Counted from the first letter of the stretch, positions 1 through 11,157 are shown. The stretch: 20,981 nt of DNA from Chiloscyllium plagiosum (GCF_004010195.1 NC_057719.1:69123773-69144753); one strand, 5' to 3'. Notes: generated by a model from the letters alone, not told the origin. Program-made: numbers and translations.

Positions 1-1880
1 TAACCCTCCCCCCCCCGCACCTTACTAGTTTTGAGCCGCTCTCGCAAATCTCCCTGCCAGTATATTAGTCCCCTTCCATTTCAGGTGCAATCCGTCCCTC
101 ATGTACAGGTCACTTCTACCCCGAAAGAGCTACCAATGATCCAAAAATGAGAATCCTTCTTCCATACAACAGCTCCTCAGCCATGCATTCATCTGCTCTA
201 TCCTCCTATTCCTGCCCTCACTAGTTCGTAGCACCAGGAATAACCCAGTTATTACTACTCTCAAGGACCTCCTTTTTAAATTCCTGCCTAACTCTCTGTA
301 ATCTTCCTTCAGAATCTCATACTTTTCCCTTCCTATGTCATTGGTTCCAATGTGTACAATGACCTCCTGCTGGTCTCTCTCCCCCTTGAGAACATTCTGA
401 ACCATCTCTGAGACATCCTTGATCCTGTCACCAGAGAAGCAACACACTATTCTGATTTTTCGCTGCTGGCCACAGAAATGCCTTTCTGTACCCCAGACTA
501 GACAGTCCCCTAACACAATCGGTCTCTTGGCACCCGACGTACCCTCTTTGCCGTAGAGCCAGTTTCAATACTAGAAACTTGGCTGTACATGTTACATTCC
601 CTGAGAATCCATCACCCCGTACATTTTCTAAAACAGCATACTTTTTGAAATGGGGATAGTCACAGAAGATTCCTGTACTAACTGCCTACCTCTCTTACCT
701 TTCCTGGAGTTAACCCATCTATGTGACTATATCTGTGACTTTCACCCCTTCCTATAACTGCCATTCATTACATCCCCTTGTTCTTGTAGGGCGACATGGT
801 GGCTCAGTGGTTAGCACTGCTGCCTCAGGGCGCCATGGTCCCAGGTTTGATTCCAGCCTTGGGTGGCTGTCTGACAGAAGTTTGCACATTCTCCCTGTGT
901 CTGCCTGGGTTTCCTCCGGGTGCTCCAGTTTCTTCCCACAATCCAAAGATGTGCAGGTCAGGTGAATTGGCCATGCTAAATTGCCCACTAGTGTTAGTAT
1001 TAGGAGGGAAATGGTTCTGGGTGGGTTACTCTTTGGAGGGTCGGTATGGACTGGTTGGGCCAAAGGGCCTGTTTCCACACTGTAAGGAATCTAATCTAAT
1101 CTTGTAAATCCCTCATTGCCTCTAACTGTCTCTCCAACTGATCAATTCAATCTGATAGGATTCGCAACCAACGGCATTTAATGCAGCTATAATTCTCAGT
1201 AACCCGTAAACTCTTCCTGAACTCCCACATCCGACAAGAACAGCATATCACTCTACTAAAGGCTATTTTTGTTTCTTTCAATCTACAGTCCCAGAAAATA
1301 GCACTGTCTTATTCCTCGACAAAACACTGCTCCAGGTTAAATTAATATTTATGAGTTATATTTTAAGCTTAATCAAGAGACATAGCTCAATAAAACATAT
1401 AATCAAGAAATAACCCACTCTACTCACTACTGCAGACTTACTGTAAGGCCACACTTAAAATATCCACTTATCTATTACTGTGCTGTGACCTCGCCCAACC
1501 AGGTTCCTCCAAGATCAGTTGTGAATTTCACTGTTTGTTAATTTTCCTCGGCACACTCCAATGTTCAGCAATACATGAATTCAACCAGCTAAGCTAGCAA
1601 TTGAGCAGGTTCACTGCTCTGTTAGTTAGCACTGTGGGTTTCTTTCTCTCTCTCACTCTCTCCGGACTGACCTCACCATATGCTTCCTTTGTCTGTTCCT
1701 CTCCCTTTTAACACTGCTGTTGTTTTGACTTTTTTTTTCCAAAGTTCCACAACAATGCAACAGCATATAAGACAGTAATTGCTGCTCCTGGAATTCAAGG
1801 AAATCATCTCCAACATCTAAAATACCCCAAAACAAGGAGCAGCTCTTACAGCCAGAACTTTTTCCTGTCCTTCATCTTAA
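1..1880 (-). mobile_element. CR1-clade LINE, 5' portion (5'UTR + decayed ORF1); continues beyond the left edge of the window
   Basis: The minus strand from ~1266 reads ..VICCSCRMWEF..YSCIKCRWLRILS*IDQLERQLEAMRDLQ (CxxC..CxxC zinc finger + leucine zipper). The 130..516 ORF has VIVHIGTNDIG (SGNH/GDSL esterase block). Together this is the CR1 ORF1 architecture. Bases 1-415 are the inverted homologue of ~6521-6945. The 5' boundary is approximate. Confidence 0.85.
789..1099 (+). mobile_element. tRNA-derived V-SINE (HE1-like), inserted into CR1 ORF1
   Basis: Pol III box A TGGCTCAGTGG (800-810) and box B GGTTTGATTCC (844-854); V-domain-like core GGGTTTCCTCCGGGTGCTCCAGTTTCTTCCCACAATCCAAAGATGTGC; CR1-like 3' end with (AATCT)n tail; 7-bp TSD TCTTGTA at 782-788 and 1100-1106. 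Confidence 0.9.
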
Positions 1881-1961
1881 AGTCTGTCCATTAAGTTTTC
1901 AATTTCTTACGAGGTTGAGAAAGTGTCAAAGGCATAGATAATCTGTGAATTAATCAAGTAA

Positions 1962-2232
1962 ACAGAGGGCAAAAGCGGGGAAAGGGACCTAAGGGGTAAC
2001 TTTTCACGCAAAGAATGGTGCGTATATGGAATGAGCTGCCGGAGGAAGTGTTGGAGGCTGGTACAATTACAATATTTATAAGGCATCTGGATGGGTACAT
2101 GAATAGAAAGGGTTTACAAGGATAAAGGACCAAGTGGTGGCAAATGGGACGAGATTAGTTTAGGATATCTGGTCAGCATGGACGATTTGGACTGAAGTGT
2201 CTGTTTCTGTTCTGTGCATCTCTATCACTCTA
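1962..2232 (+). mobile_element. CR1 LINE 3' end fragment
   Basis: Homologous to 9570-9850 (WNELPEEVxEAG-coding stretch, 3'UTR, terminal ..CATCTCTATCACTCTA). Confidence 0.85.
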
Positions 2233-2240
2233 AGTTTGGC

Positions 2241-2603
2241 TGGAGATTTGTTAGAGATATTCAAGATTATGAAGGGTTTTGGCAGACTAAACAGACAGAA
2301 GCTATTCCTATTGGCAGAAGGATTGAGAATACCTATCTAATATGAGTGGGAAAAGAACCAACAGGGAAATTTAGAAAAATACTTTACACAGTGAGTAGTT
2401 AGGATCTGGAATGCATCGCCTGAGTGTGTGGTGGGGCAAATACAGTTTGGCATTTAAAATGGAATAAATATGCACCTGAAGGGAAAAACAATTGCTGGAA
2501 TACATAGTAAAGGTGGAAAATAAGACAATTTGATTTGCTCTTGCAGTGAATCACCTCAGGTACAACAGGCTGTTAGGGTTCCCTTGGTGTGGTAAACATT
2601 CTA
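2241..2603 (+). mobile_element. Older, diverged CR1 LINE 3' fragment
   Basis: Translates GDLLEIFKIMKGF..EKLF-like and RIWNA-like CR1 ORF2 C-terminal motifs; ends ..AAACATTCTA. Confidence 0.65.
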
Positions 2604-3229
2604 ACATTTTTTTGCTATAAAAATTGCCATTTTATTCAATTACCCAGAGAATACAGGTCATTATTAAATAATAAATTAGTTCTGTGGTCAGAAATCCATG
2701 AGTAATTTGCTGCAAGTAATTCTCCAACATACAAGTCAGAAATGCTGCAATAAATATCCTTGAATTTCCAATGTGATCTCCAGTATGAGTGCTTTCATCT
2801 GTACTACTACTCAAAGCCTTCTCTTCAGCTGTGAAAAGACGACTTGCAAGACATTTCGGATTAACTGTTCAACAACTGCACCAAATGCTTTCCTGACTGA
2901 AATGCCTGTGTCTTGCTGGTGACTGTGCTGGACAATGACAGGTGGTCACAACAGCTGGTGTACATCAGAGATGATGGCTGCAGAGCAGTTGGACTTCACA
3001 TGGTGACGATGTTGTTCCAAAGGCTGAAAATTTTACCATCAATCGTTTCTACCAGCAGTTAGTTGGAAACATGTTTTGTAATATGGTGACTTAAACTAGA
3101 ATAGTGTTATTTCAGTGACATATGCCATCATCTGAATGTGGACCATCCCTTGAAGGTTTGACAAAATGATGGATCTTTTTCTTGAGTCTTTACAAACCAT
3201 GTAGTGACGTGTTCCTAAATGATATTAGG

Positions 3230-3400
3230 TTAGACAGTCCCAGGATTTTAACCCTACAATAATGAATGAGTGATGATACTTGCCCATATCAATAATATGT
3301 GTGCTTTGTCATGGAATGTATAGGTAATGGTACTCAAAAGTACCTGCCCTGATCATTCTAGATGTTGAAGAAGATAAGACTTTGGAAAGGAACCTTGACA
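3230..3400 (-). mobile_element. Highly decayed LINE 3' remnant (same family as 3740-5110)
   Basis: Shares CCAGGATTTTAA and the following segments with 4143-4154 and 4570-4670. Confidence 0.4.
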
Positions 3401-3836
3401 GGTTGCTATCACATGTTATGTAGATTCTACAAAGCAGTGAGAAAAAAAAATCAGGGCTGGAAAAAAAACAAACTAGATATAAACAACACAAAGGTTGAAG
3501 ATTGGATTAGGCCACACTGTTGCCTTACCGAATGTAAACTTTGGAATTTGCAAACATTTTGAAGAGTACATCTCAATGCATTCTATTGAATACAAGTGAA
3601 TTCAATGAAATCCTGAATTAAACATTCAAAATATGGTTGTATTTATTACAACCCTTTCAAAAATATTGACTCTCTTCCATTGTGTAGAGGTTAAGGAAAT
3701 TTCACAGGTCTTGCAAATTTGCAAAGGCAACAGAAAACATTTTTAAATTATTCTGGGGTAAGGGTGTCACTCCCAAGATGAACAATTCTTACTAATAGGT
3801 GCTAATGATCTTTTTTGAACCATTGAAGGCATTTTT

Positions 3837-4120
3837 GATTAGATTAGATTCCCCGCAGTACTGAAACAGGCCCTTCAGCCCAACCAGTCCACCATTTCCC
3901 TCTGACTAATGCACCTAACACTATGGGCAATTTAGCATGGCCAATTCACCTGACCTGCACATCTTTGGATTGTGTGAGGAAACTGGAGCACCTGGAGGAA
4001 ACCCATGTAGACACGAGGAGAACGTGCAAACTCCACACAGACAGTTGCCCGAGGCTGGAATCGTATCTGGGACCCTGGTGCTATGAGGCAGCAGTGCTAA
4101 CCACTGAGCCACCGTGACCC
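3837..4120 (-). mobile_element. tRNA-derived V-SINE (HE1-like), second copy
   Basis: Reverse-complement homologue of 789-1099, with box A (CCACTGAGCCA at 4101-4111) and a (AGATT)n tail at the left end. Confidence 0.9.
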
Positions 4121-4193
4121 TAGTACAGTTAGGTAGGGAATTCCAGGATTTTAAAACAGTAGCACTGAAGGAATTAAAATGTAATTTAAGACA

Positions 4194-4568
4194 AGATGGT
4201 GCCATAATAATAATGAGACTAGATTAGTAAACCAGAGTCGCAGGCTTATGTTTGGAGGACATAAGATTGAATCCCACCAGGAGTTGGTAAAATTTAAATT
4301 AAACCAAAATCTGGAATTGAAACCCAGTCCATCAGAGACCATATAAGCATTGTTGATTGTGCAGAATGCCATCTGGACCATTAATGCCATTTAAGGAAGG
4401 AAATTGTCTGCCCTTACTTGACCTGGCCTACATGTGGAATCCCTTCAGACCACTGCATTGCTGTTAACTCTTCAGTGCCCTCTGGAAAGGGGCAGATAAT
4501 GGGCTCAAGGGCATGGGCAACAATGCCAGCCTTGACAGTTATGCCAAAATTCCATGGAAGAGTAAAAG
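4194..4568 (+). mobile_element. Degenerate SINE-like repeat (second family, unnamed here)
   Basis: Decayed tRNA-like head (box B-like GATTGAATCCC ~4266-4276). The body ..CCATCTGGACCATTAATGCCATTTAAGGAAGGAAAT..CCTGGCCTACATGTG.. resembles a repeat I recall as abundant in shark genomes. A-rich end. Confidence 0.55.
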
Positions 4569-4839
4569 TAAATGTTCAAGTTGGGTTGGCATCTGACTTG
4601 CAGGGGAACTTGAAGATAAATCAACTTCTACACTCTTGCTGCCCTTGTCATTATCATAAGAGGATGTCACAAGTTGCTGAGGTGATGTGGATGAAGCAAA
4701 TTGGCTATAACACACTCAGCAGCTAAGGTGCACTGATAATGGATGTAGTGATTGTTTGAATGGGATGACAATCAAACAGATTGCTTTTTCATCAAATAGG
4801 TTCAGGTTCTTAATGATTGTTGGAACTGTATTCATCAGA

Positions 4840-5047
4840 GAGAAAGTGAGGGCTGCAGATGCTGGAGATCAGAGCTGAAAATGTGTTGTTGGAAAAGCGT
4901 AGCAGGTCAGGCAGCATCCAAGGAACAGGAGAATCGACATTTCGGGCATAAGCCCTTCTTCAGGAGGGCTTATGCCCGAAATGTCGATTCTCCTGTTCCT
5001 TGGATACTGCCTGACCTGCTGCGCTTTTCCAGCAACACATTTTCAGC
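4840..5047 (-). mobile_element. Palindromic Penelope-like element terminal remnant (208 bp)
   Basis: Inverted arms 4874-4956 / 4965-5047 (83 bp, 3 mismatches), unpaired tail 4840-4873, and a perfect 16-bp TSD AACTGTATTCATCAGA (4824-4839, 5048-5063). Homologous to 18630-18754, which adjoins a PLE ORF. Confidence 0.85.
4934..4965 (-). ncRNA. Minimal hammerhead ribozyme-like motif (PLE type, degenerate)
   Basis: Minus strand reads UC-CUGAAGA-A-GGGC UUAU GCCC-GAAA-UGUC-GA: core boxes, stem II and a GUC triplet. Stem I is only ~2 bp. Confidence 0.55.
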
Positions 5048-6520
5048 AACTGTATTCATCAGACAAGTGGAGTGTGGTCCATCAAACCTCCTGACATTCC
5101 TTGTAGTTTTAGGAAGCGAAGAGGCACTGGCGGAAATGGGTAATTAAGCAGTGAATGCATTATCTATTACATAATTCCAATCTCAATGCAACTCAATTAG
5201 AGCTAGTTTCAGAGTTCAAACTTCCAAGTAAAATCATTTTGGTGAAGGATTTTTCTGTACAAATAATGAGACTAACACTGCACACCATTTTTAATGCAGA
5301 AATTGGACAGCAGCTTATCTGGCAGCTACAGTTCAATAAGCAAATCCAGAAATTCCTGTGCAAGATGGAATGCTCCCCAAAGGATCTCTGAAAATAAAAC
5401 ATTTTGCTATCTGGCTCCGAGTTCAACTACATGATGCTGCCGTACATAACAAATATGAACTAAACAAGACATAAATACGAGGGCATGTCTATTCCAGCCA
5501 AGGTAACTTTGGCATGATAGGTCATAATTACTGACAAACAAACTCTCTGAAACCGAAAATTAGCCATTTACAACTTAACGGAATAATTTTTTTTAGGTGT
5601 TCATTAACCTTTATTGCTAAAGCTCTACTTAAAAGAAAATCCTTAGCCCCTGTTTTTTGCCTCACCCCCTCATTCTTTCCCTGACTTTGTTGTATTTTCT
5701 GTGTAATTTAGTTGACATTGATGCAAATATTCGAACCCGACAGTTTCTGTTTCAAACTGTTACTTTGTTCACTTGCAAATCTTCAGTCCAGTTGGGTAAG
5801 GACACAGCGGATCCTCGCAGGGCTCTGCTTTTGGGGGATTCTCTGGTTACAGTAAATTGCAGTGCAAATCGCCCCAGAAACTCTTTGGGGAAATACAAAA
5901 AAAGGGGGACAACCCCCCACCCCACCCCATACCTCTCACCGAATAAATAACTGCACTGTTTCACGCCAACCTTTTTAATGAAGTACCGAGGCGAGGCATG
6001 AAGTCCAAATGTTTGTTGCATTCCATCGAGACTTTATCACACAAATAGTAACGTTGTGGTCCAGGCTGTCTGTGCAACAGCTGAAACAACACATTAGAGC
6101 TCATTCAGTGTTTCAGTTACTACCATCTACGCAAATAGAATGTGGCGTATAACGTTACATTTCGACTAGGGGGAAAAAAAATCTAGATGAAGGTCTGCCG
6201 GATGCTATCGGTAATTTCTTGTGATCTTATGAAATCAATTTCGAATACGAAGCTTGTTTCTCAAGGTGAAAGTAATAAAATTTCTGTTTTCGAAAAAAAT
6301 ACCCAAAATCTATCAGCCTATAAGCAGTCCTTCTTGTGGAGAGCAATCCATGCTTTTGAAAACACGCTCAGACTTCAATGTGGTATAACGTGCCATCCCA
6401 TTGTATTGGCCACTGCCAATCACACAATCCCAGATTCATTCGGTTTATTACTTATTTTAAGTGACCTTAGGACTATTTGATGTTCTCCGTCCAGAGGCGG
6501 AATAAATATTGGACCAATTT

Positions 6521-9500
6521 ATCTCGGAGAGGGTGCAAAATGTTCTCAAAGGGGAAAGGGACCAGCAGGAGGTCATTGTAGACATTGGAACTAATGACAT
6601 AGGAAGGAGAAAGGATGAGATTCTGAGGAGAGAATATAGAAAGTTAGGCAGGAATTTAAAAAGGAGGTCCTGGAGGGTAGTAATACCTGGATTACTCCTG
6701 GTGCTGTGAGCTAGTGAGGGCAGGAATAGGAGGATAGAGCAGATGAATGCATGGCTGAGGAGCTTGTGCAGGGAGAAGAGTTCACATTTTTGGATCATTG
6801 GAATCTCTTCTGGGTAGAAGTGACCTGTACAAGAAAAACAGATTTCACCCGAAATGGAAGGGGACTAATACACTGACAGGGAGATTTGCTAGAGCTGCTC
6901 ATGAGGGTTTAAACTAGTAAGGTGTGTGTGTGGGGGGGGGAACCAGGGAGATAGTGAGGAAAGAGATCAATCTGAGACTGGTACAGTTGAGAATAGAAGT
7001 GAGTCAAACAGTCAAGGGCAGGCAGGGACAAGGTAGGACTAATAAATTAAACTGCATTTATTTCAATGCAAGGGGCCTAACAGGGAAGGCAGGTGAACTC
7101 AGGGCATGGTTAGGAACATGGGATTGGGATATCATAGCAATTACAGAAACATAGCTCAGGGATGGACAGGACTGGCAGCTTAATGTTCCAGGATACAAAT
7201 ACTATAGGAAGGATAGAAAGATGGCAAGAGAGGAGAGGAAGTGGCATTTTTGATAAGGGACAGCATTACAGTTGTACTTAGGGAGTGTATTCCTGGGAAT
7301 ACATCCAGGGAAGTCATTTGGGTGGAACTGAGAAATAAGAAAAGGATGATCACCTTATTGGGATTGTATTATAGGCTCCCTAATAGTCAGTGGGAAATTG
7401 AGAAACAAATTTGTGGGGAGTTTTCAGTTATCTGTAAGAATAATAGGGCGGTTATAGTAGAGGGTTTAAACTTTCCAAACATTGACTGGGACTGCCATAG
7501 TGTGAAGGGTTTAGATGGAGAGGAATTTGTTAAGTGTGTACAAGAAAATTTTCTGATTCAATATGTGGATGTACCTACTAGAGAAGGTGCAAAACATGAC
7601 CTAGTCTTGGGAAATAAGACAGGGCAGGTGACTGAGGTGTCAGTGGGGGACCACTTTGGGATCAGTGACCATAATTCTATTAGTTTTAAAATAGTGATGG
7701 AAAAGGATAGACCAGATCTAAAAGTTGACATTCTAAACTGGAGGAAGGCCAATTTTGATGGTATTAGGCAAAAATTTTCAAAAGTTGATTGAGTGCAAAT
7801 ATTCACAGGTAAAGCAACAGCAGGAAAATGGGAAGCCTTCAAAAATGAGATAACGAGAGTCCAGAGAAAGTATATTCCTGTTAGGGTGAAAAGAAAGGTT
7901 GATAGATATAGGGAATGCTGGATAACTAGAGAAATTGAGGATTTGGTTAAGAAAAAGAAGGAAGCATATGTCAGGTCAAATGAATCCTTAGAAGAGTATA
8001 AAGTAGGATTACACTTTAGAGGGAAATCAGGAGGGCAAAAAGGGGACATGAGATAGCTTTGGCAAATAGAATTAAGGAGAATCCAAAGGGTTTTTATAAA
8101 TGCATTAAGGACAAAAGGGTAACTAGGGAGAGAATAGGGCCCCTCAAAAATCAGCAAGGTCACCTATGTATGGAACCACAGGAGGTGGGAAAGATATTGA
8201 ATGTATATTTTGTATTAGTGTTTACTGAGAAGCAGGACATGGAAGATATAGAATGTGGGGAAATAGATGGTGACACCTTGAAAAATGCCCATATTACAGA
8301 GGAGGAAGTGCTGGATGTCTTGAAACATATAAAAGTGGATAAACCCACAGGACCTGATCAGGAGTACCCTAGAATTCTGTGGGAAGCTAGGGAAGTCATT
8401 GCAGGGCCCTTTGCTGAGATATTTAAATAATCAAACAGGTGAGATGTCAGAAGGCAGGAGCTTGGTTAACATGGTGCCACTATTTCAGAAAGGTGGTAAT
8501 GAAAAGTCAGGGAACTATACACCAGTGAACCTGACATCAGTAGTGGGCAAGTTGTTGGAGGGAATCCTGAGGGACAGGACTTACATGTATTTGGAAAGGC
8601 AAGGACTGATTAGGGATAGTCAGATAGCTTTGTGTGTGGAAAATCAGGTCTCACAAAACTGATTTGAGTTTTTTGTAGAAAGAGGGTTTATGACCCCAAA
8701 GAGGGTTTATGAGGACAGAATGGTAGATGTGATCTATGTGGATTCATTAAGGCATTTGAGAAGGTTCCTTATGGTAGGTTGGTTAGCAAGGTTAGATCTC
8801 ATGAAACACAGAGAGAACTGGCCATTTGGATACAGAACTGGCTCAAAGGTAGTAGACAGAGGGTGGTGGTGGAGTGTTGCTTTTCAATCTGGACCTGTGA
8901 CCAGTGGAGTGCCACAAGGATCGGTGCTGGGTCCACTGCTTTTCATCACTTATATAAATAATTTGGATGTGAATATAGGAGGCATAGTTAGAAAGTTTGC
9001 AGATTACACCAAAATCATAGGTGTAGTGGACGGCGAAGAAGGTTATCAGAATACAACTGGATCTTGATCAGATGGGCCAATGGACTGAGGAGTGGTACAT
9101 GAAGTTTAATTTAGATAAATGTGAGGTGCTGTATTTTGGAAAAGCAAATCAGAGCAGGACTTAATGTTAGGGTCCTGGGGAGTGTTGTTGAACAAAGAGA
9201 CCTCGGAGTGCAAGTTCATAGTTCCTTGAACGTAGAGTCGCAGGTAGGTAGGATAGTGAAGAAAGTATTTTGTATATTTTCCTTCATTGGTCAGGGTATT
9301 GAGTACAGGAGTTGGGAGTCCATGTTGCGGCTGTGCAGGACATTGGTTAGGCCATTTTTGGAATGTTGTGAAACTTGAAAGGGTTCAGACCAGATTTACA
9401 AGGATGTTGCCAGGGTTGGAGGATTTGAGCTATTGGGAGAGGCTGAATAGGCTGGGGCTGTTTTCTCTGGAGCGTCGGAGGGTGAGGTCGCGGTCACCTT

Positions 9501-9850
9501 ATAAAATCAACAGGAGCATGGATAGGATAAATAAATAAGGTCTTTTCCTTGGTGCGGTGGAGTCCAGAACTAGAGGGCATAGGTTTAGGGTGAGAGGGGA
9601 AAGATATAAAAGAGAACAAAGGGGCAACTTTTTTGAAGCAGAGTGGTGCCTATATGGAATGAGCAGCCAGAGAAACTGGTGGAAGCTGGTACAATTACAA
9701 CATTTAAAAGGCATTCTGGAGAGGTATATGAACAGGAAGGGTTTAGAAAGATATGTGTTGGCAAATGGGACTAGATTGGGTTGGGATATCTGGTCGGCAT
9801 GGACTAGTTGGACCGGGTCTGTTTCCGTACTGTATATCAGTATGACTATA
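6521..9850 (+). mobile_element. CR1-clade LINE, 5'-truncated, decayed (ORF1 esterase end, ORF2 APE endonuclease + reverse transcriptase, 3'UTR)
   Basis: VIVDIGTNDIG (esterase); CIYFNARGL..DIIAITET and GISDHN (APE); YTPVNLTSVVGKLLE, SGVPQGSVLGPLLF and KFADYTK (RT, catalytic FADD altered); many stops and frameshifts; 3' end ..TATGACTATA. Confidence 0.95.
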
Positions 9851-10106
9851 ACTCAATTCACCTGCCGTTATACACACTATAGTGAGATATAAATATAATT
9901 ATAAATGGGCAAACTGCTCCCGCTTTATTTTATTCTTTTAGACCTAAACCCGGAACCAGCTGGTATCAATAATTCCATGGACCCCTCTCATAATTCAGGC
10001 AAGGAAATGCAAGCTTGTCTCGATCGAACTAACCTGCAAACCTCCACTCAGAGCCTGTGTTCGTGTGGCGGAATCCCGTAAGATAGAAAATTCCTCTTAT
10101 ACCTCT

Positions 10107-10116
10107 CTATTTTTAG
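10107..10116. promoter_or_regulatory. MEF2 site (CTATTTTTAG)
   Basis: Perfect match to YTA(A/T)4TAR, ~1 kb upstream of the TATA box, next to GATA and MCAT motifs. Confidence 0.55.
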
Positions 10117-10836
10117 TTACTCAATAGTTCAGTCAACACGTCTGTAGCTTGAAGTTAAGACATTTCATAACATAGTCAGCCACCCCATCCCGTACCCCCT
10201 GTGAAGGGTAGATAAGAAAAATAAGCACCACTTATCTTCGGAATGGTTAATAAAAGCTCAATGCCATAAAGATGATCCTTTATTAAAGCGGAGACCTGAC
10301 AGCATTGGATATGATGCAACTCAATTATTTCACAGTTGGTTTGTGATAGCCTTATCCTGTATGTGGTTAGCATCACTGGCCCTGTCAGCAATGCAGGATA
10401 TCTCAACAGAGATTATAGCTGCATGAATGAGATATAAGCACATATAAAGCACTCAATATGCACGTGCCAAAATATAAAAGTCTAACAAATGTTTACATAT
10501 GCAAAATGCTTATAGGCTGCAATTTGTCATCTTTTTTATCATCGATGTTGTAAATCAGAATTTACAAGGGGTTGGAATCACTAAATAGTCCCAAGGTCCT
10601 GAACCGAACCGTTTAAAGAAATGTTTGCATTTGTACCATTCACATGAACATCCGGTTGTAAAATCTACTGTAAATCAAGTCTCTCTCGGAAAGCATGTGC
10701 CTTTAACGGACACCCTCAGTGGCGCTATTGCTAGTCCGTGAGTAATAGACTTTCCCAGCTTTTTGCGGACCAGGCTCTGGTCTTGCCCTTGCATTCCCGC
10801 CTTTTCGGCAGTTTACGGATGTTTTCAGTTGCAATT

Positions 10837-11085
10837 CCCTATTTGGTTATCCCTTTGATGTTTCAGTGTAGACCGCCGCAGATTTGCAGGTTGCCAGAGA
10901 CACTGTCCTTACATGGGCTAATCTGGGACTGGTCATGCACTCGGCGGCTTCCCTGTCCGCAGCCGCTCTCTCCATTAATGGCTTCACCGAGGCTCAGTGG
11001 CGTGAAGGCTACCAAATAAGGACAAGGTCTCGGGCTCTCCCTCGGGGGCCGCTCTGTTTCGGCAACCCACCAGGGGGATTATAAA
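10837..11085 (+). promoter_or_regulatory. actc1 proximal promoter: four CArG/CArG-like boxes + TATA
   Basis: CCCTATTTGG 10837-10846, CCTTACATGG 10907-10916, CCATTAATGG 10972-10981, CCAAATAAGG 11012-11021, TATAAA 11080-11085; CpG-rich context. Confidence 0.92.
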
Positions 11086-11109
11086 TCCTCGTCTCCCTCT
11101 CACTATATC

Positions 11110-11157
11110 TCCGACCCAGCATCGCAGAGGAACGGGTGGACTGAAGGCGCCTCTCTG
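11110..11157 (+). other. actc1: actc1 exon 1 (non-coding 5'UTR); TSS position approximate
   Basis: Begins ~25-30 nt after the TATA box and ends at a consensus donor G|GTAAGT (11158). Probable acceptor TTTCATTTGGTAG| at 11996, 13 nt before the ATG. Confidence 0.75.

Larger units (their letters stand above)
3740..5110 (-). mobile_element. Old CR1/L2-type LINE 3' remnant hosting three younger insertions
   Basis: The minus strand encodes ..ATVLKSWNSLPN (LINE ORF2 C-terminal WNxLP motif) at ~4125-4165. The remnant resumes after each of the insertions at 3837-4120, 4194-4568 and 4840-5047. Boundaries are approximate. Confidence 0.55.

Noticed and set aside
789..860. tRNA gene (also 4050-4120)
   Set aside because: A/B boxes run straight into a SINE body and tail with a TSD; no proper cloverleaf.
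723..1107. Overlapping short ORFs (also 3921-4205)
   Set aside because: These are chance translations of V-SINE copies.
4840..5047. MITE/DNA transposon or miRNA gene call for the palindromes (also 13878-14089)
   Set aside because: The one-sided tail, variable long TSDs (16 vs 9 bp), hammerhead core and homology to a PLE-linked end fit PLE origin; the arms are too long and perfect for a typical pre-miRNA.
7241..9892. Active retrotransposon or domesticated RT gene
   Set aside because: Numerous stops and frameshifts, and the catalytic FADD is changed to FADY.
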